Origin: an uncultured Ferruginibacter sp. | GTDB lineage: Bacteria > Bacteroidota > Bacteroidia > Chitinophagales > Chitinophagaceae | Direction of reading: 5' to 3' | DNA length: 37,124 nucleotides | NCBI GenBank assembly: GCA_964497085.1 | Contig: CAZCCN010000002.1 | Coordinates: 1-37,124, forward strand | In this document: piece after piece, positions 31,374 through 37,124 of the stretch | Layout: the number at the start of each line of letters is the position of its first letter | Numbering within the stretch: position 1 is the first letter of the stretch | Program-made: the position numbers and the translations under genes | The notes under the pieces: generated by a model | Databases searched by the model: none | What the model was told of the DNA's origin: nothing | The model's input: the letters and a program-made list of their open reading frames with translations, nothing else

Positions 31374-31414
31374 GGGGTAAAGTTAATGGATATTATTACG
31401 CATAAGGAGCTAGC

Positions 31415-32809
31415 TTACCATTCGATGTTTTGTTCGTTGTCCCAGTTGGCTTTTACGGCAAGTCTTTTAGGCAGCGACAACACCTTTTCGGGTTGTCGTT
31501 TTTGGCTATAGTCACCTGGCGTCCAGCTTCCATCGTTATTGGCATCAAACAAAATGCGCAGGGTGTATTCGCCCGGTGGGAAAAGCGCATTGCTCCACTG
31601 GCTTTCGGTTAACGGATAGGCAAACTTCACTACATCATCCGAAACAAACTGCAGGATGGGCTTTTTGGATACATCCAGGTTGTTGAAGCGCAAGACAACG
31701 TTGCCATAGTCTGCGTTGCCTTTGGTTACAAAGCGAACTGTATCTGTTTTGGCAAACGTGTTGCCCCCTTCATCTGAAGCAGCATCTTGATCAACCAACA
31801 ATATATAAGGTGTTTCTGGTGGCCAGGCCAAAGCAATCGAAATGTTTTCCTGGAGACTGTCCAGGCTGATTCGTGTGTTGGGTATTTCCTGAAAACTGGT
31901 ATCGGTGAGCCTCAGGCCTTTTGGATTCCAGGTTTTTATTTTGCTGTTGCATGTAAGAACAAGCGGCTCCAACAGGTCTTTTTTGGATCCTGCCAAATTG
32001 GTCGTGTAACGAAACTTTTTTTCTTTCTTTTCTTTTGGGGTGGATTTCGGTGTTTTTATTTCCCGTGACAGTTTTTCGCTTGCAAATGCGTACAAGGCAA
32101 CAGATGGATTGTCGGCCGTGTGAACAGGGGCATCTTGAAAAGCAAACAACTCTGTTTTGGCACTATATGTTTTGCTGCCGTCACCATCCTTGAGTGCATA
32201 CAGATGAACCGTTGCAGCGGGCAAATGATTAAAAGTAAAGGCGCCCTCTTTGTTCAGCCGTGCGATGTAATCAGGTTTTCTGGTTTGTACCGAACTGTCC
32301 ACCGCATCAATGTACAACAACACCAGCAGGGTGCTGTCCGCTTTTCCTGTTTCGGCCAACTGCACTTTTCCGCTCACAGTCAAAGAGTCGATTGTGTTGC
32401 CGGTTGAAAAAGTATAAGAAAGGTCTTTGTACACATTACCCTCATTGATATCCTTGACAGCGTTGCCCAATTGAACAGTATACGTGGTGTTGGGAAGCAA
32501 GCTGTCTTTAAAAGAAATGGATACGGTTCGAAGGCTGCTTTTTACAACGGGTAAGTTCTTTTGCAAGGGAGAAACCAGCAGGTTGTTTTGAAGGTCTTGC
32601 AACTCGATGTATTCATCAAAAGTCAGGGTGATTTTGTTGCCGGTGAACCCCAGCTGGTACAATGCCGGATTACTTTTTACCAAAACCGGGGCCAGCGTGT
32701 CTTTCGCACCACCGGTGGGCGCACCAATCTGCGCACATCCTCCGATGAACAATGCTGCCAATTGAATCAGCAGCCAGGTGCATACAATCCCTATTCCTTT
32801 TTTTTTCAT
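31415..32809 (-). CDS. Ig-like (Big_5) domain-containing lipoprotein
   Basis: Lipobox GGCAQ, PTGGAKDTLAP, FDEYI, NTTYTVQLG.AVKDINEGN, DANNDGSWTPG; ATG at 32809 preferred to the TTG at 32839. Confidence 0.8.
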   Translation of the reverse strand: MKKKGIGIVCTWLLIQLAALFIGGCAQIGAPTGGAKDTLAPVLVKSNPALYQLGFTGNKITLTFDEYIELQDLQNNLLVSPLQKNLPVVKSSLRTVSISFKDSLLPNTTYTVQLGNAVKDINEGNVYKDLSYTFSTGNTIDSLTVSGKVQLAETGKADSTLLVLLYIDAVDSSVQTRKPDYIARLNKEGAFTFNHLPAATVHLYALKDGDGSKTYSAKTELFAFQDAPVHTADNPSVALYAFASEKLSREIKTPKSTPKEKKEKKFRYTTNLAGSKKDLLEPLVLTCNSKIKTWNPKGLRLTDTSFQEIPNTRISLDSLQENISIALAWPPETPYILLVDQDAASDEGGNTFAKTDTVRFVTKGNADYGNVVLRFNNLDVSKKPILQFVSDDVVKFAYPLTESQWSNALFPPGEYTLRILFDANNDGSWTPGDYSQKRQPEKVLSLPKRLAVKANWDNEQNIEW

Positions 32810-32835
32810 TTCATCTGGTTTGTACGGATGATTAA

Positions 32836-35800
32836 TCAATCGTTGCCGGCATCCTCTTCATGTAACGCAATGGCGAGTTGATTGCTTTTTACAAAATTAC
32901 ACCAATGACAATCTTCTTTACCGCATCCGGTATAAAAATCCCTGTTTTGAATTTTTTGCCAGGTATCGGTGATTTGGTTGGTTACGGTGGCAATGTCTTG
33001 CGGGCTGATGACAAGTTTTCTTTTGATGTATTTCTTCTTGCCGTCCGGTTCAATAAAATCAAATTCTGTGCTGTTGGCCACCCAATCCTTACCCGGCTTG
33101 TTGTCTACCAAAATCTTATAAAAAACAGCTTGCCTCCAGTAATCGCCGCCGTTTGGATCTTTTTCTGAAGGCCCTTCGAGTTTCTTCAATCCTTTATCCG
33201 GGTCACCCGATTTGTAGTCAACCACATTGACCGATTTGCCATCAAACTCCAATTTGTCCAACTTTCCTTTCAGGGGCACATTGTTCACCACCACATTTTT
33301 AATGTTGTGTTCAATTACCACGATTTTATTGAAGGCCGCAATGTGGGTGTCATAATACTTGCCCAGTATTTCTTCCCCATATTCCATTCTTCTTGTATAC
33401 TGTTCTGCAGAGAAGCTTTCCCGATGCCGCTTCATATACCATTCAAAATACGCCACAAAGGCTTCTTTCGAAGGGAAGGTTTTCTGATTGCTTTCGAGCA
33501 TTGCGTTGAACAGCTGTTCCAATGCATGGTGAACAGCCGAACCAAATTCGGTGGATTCATTTTTAGCAGACGGAATGCGGATAAAATTATTGTAATAAAA
33601 ACCCAGCGGACATTTCAAATAACTGTTCAGGGCTGTCACGTTCATGACAAATTTTTCCAGGATAGGCGCAACAATGTCTTCTTCTATTTTTTGAATTTCG
33701 GGTGCCGATTGTCCGCCAAATTGCAGTTGGGCACATTCAGCCAACACTGCTTCGGAGACAACAGCTTTCTCCACCGGAAGCGGACAGATTTCCTGTATTT
33801 CTGCAATAAATTTAGACGGTTCCAATTCTTTACCTGCATTGTTGAACCGGCTGTACGAAATAAACAAATGCTGCTCGGCCCGCGTGAGTGCCACATAAAA
33901 AAGACGCCGCAGCTCCTGTGGGTCTTTGCTGTCCTGTACCTGGGTAAATACATTGGACGGAATTTTGAATCCTTTGCTGCTGCCTTTTTTTCCTTCCCAC
34001 CATTCGGCATTGGCGCCCACCAAAAACACATATTCAAATTCAAGTCCTTTTGATCCATGGGCCGTCATGATGTTGACCCCTTTTTCACTGCCGCTGGTTT
34101 GCACAATCGGCATTTGGATGGATTCTTTTTCCATCAGCTCGATCAATTGCACCAGCTGTTGCAGATTCATCGAAGGATTGCGATGGGTTTCCTCTTTGAC
34201 AAAATCGAACAACGCCGTCAGAATCTGTAATTGCCAGTGCTGGTCACTGCTTCCCATAATGGAATTGATTACCCCGGCTTCCCGTATGATTTGTTCAAAC
34301 AGAAACTGAAGGGTCACATTCGGCACATGTCCGATCAGCCGTTCAATGACATTCGATGCATGAACCAGACCCGCATTCAGTGGTTGGGCAAACAGATCGG
34401 CTGCGGGTGAATTGATTTTTTCTTGCAACAAAGCACGAATAGATGTTTTGTTTCCTTTGATTCTTCTTTCCGATACTTCCAGGGTAAGGGTAGCGATGTC
34501 AATCGGGGGTATGCCAAACCAATCAAAGTGCAGGATTTCAAACAACATAGCATCTCCGCTGTATGGAATGTAATGCTCTGAAGCAAGGTATTTCAATAAC
34601 AGAACCAGCTTGTTGGCCAATGGCAATTCAAGGGCATTCAAATGGCGTTTACTGTACACCGGTATGTTGAGCAGGTTGCAGTACCGGGTCAATTCGAGTC
34701 CGTATTTGTTTTCTCTGTAAATCACACCGATTTTTCCTGGCTCAATGCCGTCCGCCATCAATGCCTGTATTCTTTTGCTCACGCCAACCATTTCCTGGTG
34801 AACGGATGCATATTCCACCACTACAGGGGTGTGGGTCAAAGATTGTATGGAAGGATTGGAAGCCACCAATTCTTTGCTCAGGCCTTCAATCTGATGAATC
34901 AATCGATCGGTATTACGGTTGATCAATGCTTTGGAAGAATCCAATATGGGTTGGGTGGAACGATAGTTGTTGGTGAGAACGATTTTATGCAGGTCTTCTT
35001 CGTAGCGTTTCGCAAACTGAAGCATGTTTTCCACGTTGGCCCCTTGAAAACGAAAAATACTTTGGTCGTCATCGCCCACCACAAACACATTTGGCTTTTC
35101 CCAATAGCCAATCAACAGTTCGACGAGTTTGTTTTGGGTGCCGCTGGTATCCTGGTACTCATCTACCAGGATGTATTGGAATCTTTCCTGGTAATTTGCC
35201 AATAGGTTGCTGTTTTCTTCAAAAGCCTTGATCACCCAATTGATCATGTCATGAAAATCGTACCGATTCTTTTTACGCATCAATTCTGTGAAGCGAACAA
35301 ATTCATTCACTCCTGCGCGCGTCTTTTCCAATTTCTCCAATTCTTCGAAATATTTCGGCTTCAGATCGCCTTTTGCATAACACCCCGCTTTGCTTTTTTG
35401 GTAGATAAAATCCTTGTTTTGCGGAAGCTCTTGTATATATGCATCAATGCGTTCTAGTAAAAATTCAGGTGTCCAGCCTTCTCGCTTCATGGCATCAAAC
35501 AACAGCGACAGGTTGTTGATTTCGTAGTATACATCCCCCCGGTATCTCTTCAGCACATGGTTTTTGGGAAGGGTGTCAATCAGCTCTTTGAACAATTCTA
35601 TCTTTTCCAGTTCTGAAATGGGATCGAGCGATTTTTTTTCAAACTGCGACACATTCTCTTGGATAACGTCATTGCAAAAAGCATGAAAAGTATAAATGTT
35701 CACTTTGTATGCATCGGGCCCGATGAATTGCAGCAATCTTTTTCGCATCGCCACCACGCCCGCATCGGTATAGGTAAGACAAAGTATATTGTCCGGAGCG

Positions 35801-35982
35801 GTGTCGGTTTCCAACAATATCTTTCCAATTCTGCAAGCGAGGATTTGGGTTTTTCCGGTGCCTGGCCCCGCAATCACCATCACAGGTCCTTCAATGGTAT
35901 CTACAGCTTTTTGTTGTGCTTTGTTTAAATTCTGATAGGCTAGCTCGAATGTTTCTTGTAAGGTTTTGCTGTAGGACGACAT
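32836..35982 (-). CDS. UvrD/REP-family helicase with C-terminal PD-(D/E)XK (RecB-like) nuclease
   Basis: AGPGTGKT, DEYQD, VGDDDQSIFRFQGA, NYRS, TAHGSKGLEF, YVALTRA; C-terminus GKLDKL..VVDYKSG..QAVFY. Confidence 0.93.
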   Translation of the reverse strand: MSSYSKTLQETFELAYQNLNKAQQKAVDTIEGPVMVIAGPGTGKTQILACRIGKILLETDTAPDNILCLTYTDAGVVAMRKRLLQFIGPDAYKVNIYTFHAFCNDVIQENVSQFEKKSLDPISELEKIELFKELIDTLPKNHVLKRYRGDVYYEINNLSLLFDAMKREGWTPEFLLERIDAYIQELPQNKDFIYQKSKAGCYAKGDLKPKYFEELEKLEKTRAGVNEFVRFTELMRKKNRYDFHDMINWVIKAFEENSNLLANYQERFQYILVDEYQDTSGTQNKLVELLIGYWEKPNVFVVGDDDQSIFRFQGANVENMLQFAKRYEEDLHKIVLTNNYRSTQPILDSSKALINRNTDRLIHQIEGLSKELVASNPSIQSLTHTPVVVEYASVHQEMVGVSKRIQALMADGIEPGKIGVIYRENKYGLELTRYCNLLNIPVYSKRHLNALELPLANKLVLLLKYLASEHYIPYSGDAMLFEILHFDWFGIPPIDIATLTLEVSERRIKGNKTSIRALLQEKINSPAADLFAQPLNAGLVHASNVIERLIGHVPNVTLQFLFEQIIREAGVINSIMGSSDQHWQLQILTALFDFVKEETHRNPSMNLQQLVQLIELMEKESIQMPIVQTSGSEKGVNIMTAHGSKGLEFEYVFLVGANAEWWEGKKGSSKGFKIPSNVFTQVQDSKDPQELRRLFYVALTRAEQHLFISYSRFNNAGKELEPSKFIAEIQEICPLPVEKAVVSEAVLAECAQLQFGGQSAPEIQKIEEDIVAPILEKFVMNVTALNSYLKCPLGFYYNNFIRIPSAKNESTEFGSAVHHALEQLFNAMLESNQKTFPSKEAFVAYFEWYMKRHRESFSAEQYTRRMEYGEEILGKYYDTHIAAFNKIVVIEHNIKNVVVNNVPLKGKLDKLEFDGKSVNVVDYKSGDPDKGLKKLEGPSEKDPNGGDYWRQAVFYKILVDNKPGKDWVANSTEFDFIEPDGKKKYIKRKLVISPQDIATVTNQITDTWQKIQNRDFYTGCGKEDCHWCNFVKSNQLAIALHEEDAGND

Positions 35983-36084
35983 GTGGTAAAGTTACTTTTT
36001 TTACCCGAAAAGGCAGAAGCGGAATCGGGGGATCACCCATCCTTTTTGCTTGCAACAAAATGCTTGCTGGTTTGTTGATAAGGT

Positions 36085-36546
36085 ATGAGCAAAGCCTTCA
36101 CCATTCAAACCGTACAGCACCTGCCTATTGGCATCGACCAGGCCTGGGAATTTTTTAGCAATCCGGCCAATTTGCAGCAGATCACGCCCAGTCGATTGGG
36201 CTTTTCCATTATTTCTTCTCATCATGGAGAAAAAATGTATCCCGGACAAATCATTGAATACAATGTGAAGCCGGTCCTGGGTATTCCGTTGTATTGGATG
36301 ACGGAAATTACACATGTGTCAGATAAAAAATATTTTATCGACGAGCAGCGATTTGGTCCTTATGCCTTGTGGCACCACCAGCATCATTTTAAAGAGGTGG
36401 CCAACGGTGTGGAAATGACAGATATTGTACATTATAAACTACCACTAGGCATCCTGGGTAGAATTGCACACTCGCTATTTGTTAAAAAACAGCTCAAAGA
36501 AATTTTTGATTACAGATACAAAGTGGTGGCAGAAAAGTGGAAGTAG
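36085..36546 (+). CDS. SRPBCC family protein
   Basis: AWEFFSNPANLQQITP, WMTEIT, FIDEQRFGPYALWHHQH, IFDYR. Confidence 0.9.
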   Translation: MSKAFTIQTVQHLPIGIDQAWEFFSNPANLQQITPSRLGFSIISSHHGEKMYPGQIIEYNVKPVLGIPLYWMTEITHVSDKKYFIDEQRFGPYALWHHQHHFKEVANGVEMTDIVHYKLPLGILGRIAHSLFVKKQLKEIFDYRYKVVAEKWK

Positions 36547-36613
36547 GAGGATATTTGTTACGTAGGTTTGGAATGTTTTGTAGGGTTAGTAAGTTAGGTA
36601 AAACACTGTTGCG

Positions 36614-36651
36614 CTTAAACCTTAAACGTTGAGCGTTGAACGTTGAACGTT
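36614..36651. repeat. Degenerate heptamer tandem repeat (about 5.5 copies)
   Basis: CTTAAAC CTTAAAC GTTGAGC GTTGAAC GTTGAAC GTT. Confidence 0.75.
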
Positions 36652-36655
36652 CCCT

Positions 36656-37123
36656 TTATCCCGGCATCCTCGTTATATACTTCTCTATTTGCTTGATTTG
36701 GTCAACAATTTGCGGCGTAGTCGGCTTGAACCCCTTTGCCTTTCTGAAATATTCTTTGGCCGCCCTGAATTCTCTTTTGTTCATCATGATCGAACACAAT
36801 TGCAGGTATGCGGCAGCGTTATTTTCATTGTCGGGTAAGCCCGCACGAATGGCTTGTCTGATATAAGACTCGGCTTCTTTTACATTTCCTTTTTGCATGC
36901 TTAGCATGCCCAGTTGTAATTTGTTGGGTCCCTCGGCTTGTTTGGTCAGCGTACCGCCGCCTAGTGACAATCCTTTTTTCATCAATTTTTCTGCGCCTTC
37001 AAAATCCTGGTTCACCATGGCCAAGTTTCCCTGTATGGTATAGTATACCGAACGAACCGGCTTAATCAACAGGCCGGGTACTTTGATGGAGTCAACAATT
37101 TTTTTAGCCGCTACCATGTCGCC
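36656..37123 (-). CDS. Tetratricopeptide-repeat protein, C-terminal part (probably truncated by window edge)
   Basis: TPR helices (YYTIQGNLAM..DFEGAEKLMKKGL; LGMLSM..EAESYIRQAI; AYLQLC..AAKEYFRKA); frame open to the window end. Confidence 0.75.
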   Translation of the reverse strand, partial: GDMVAAKKIVDSIKVPGLLIKPVRSVYYTIQGNLAMVNQDFEGAEKLMKKGLSLGGGTLTKQAEGPNKLQLGMLSMQKGNVKEAESYIRQAIRAGLPDNENNAAAYLQLCSIMMNKREFRAAKEYFRKAKGFKPTTPQIVDQIKQIEKYITRMPG

Positions 37124-37124
37124 T

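Noticed and set aside
36614-36651. Possible CRISPR array, with the Cas4-like nuclease domain nearby
   Set aside because: 7-bp units with no spacers; the nuclease is fused to a UvrD helicase and there are no cas genes

Overview
A 37-kb stretch of mostly core chromosome from a Bacteroidota bacterium, most likely Chitinophagaceae. The assignment rests on TAnnTTTG-type promoters, A-rich translation starts, a T9SS cargo protein, GH97, split MetH and the rplM-rpsI-rpsB-tsf-pyrH order. The window holds housekeeping genes (purF, ligA, pyrH, pdxH, HU, xth, split metH, recR, a UvrD helicase with a PD-(D/E)XK nuclease domain), a tRNA with a CAU anticodon (probably Ile2), a flippase/GT4 pair and a 1324-aa modular T9SS-secreted protein. 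It also holds a 50-aa ribosomal protein THX that the ORF track missed. I see no transposase, integrase, prophage or CRISPR array, and no clear multi-gene novel system. The best leads are: (1) a SAM-II/SAM-V-like pseudoknot riboswitch with an unusually long expression platform ahead of metH; (2) a stand-alone, probably catalytically dead NUMOD4-HNH-HTH gene with its own promoter, structured leader and terminator; (3) apparently leaderless promoters on recR and the helicase-nuclease; (4) a perfect Shine-Dalgarno sequence on tsf in a lineage that mostly avoids them. All family calls come from motif recognition by eye; no searches were run.
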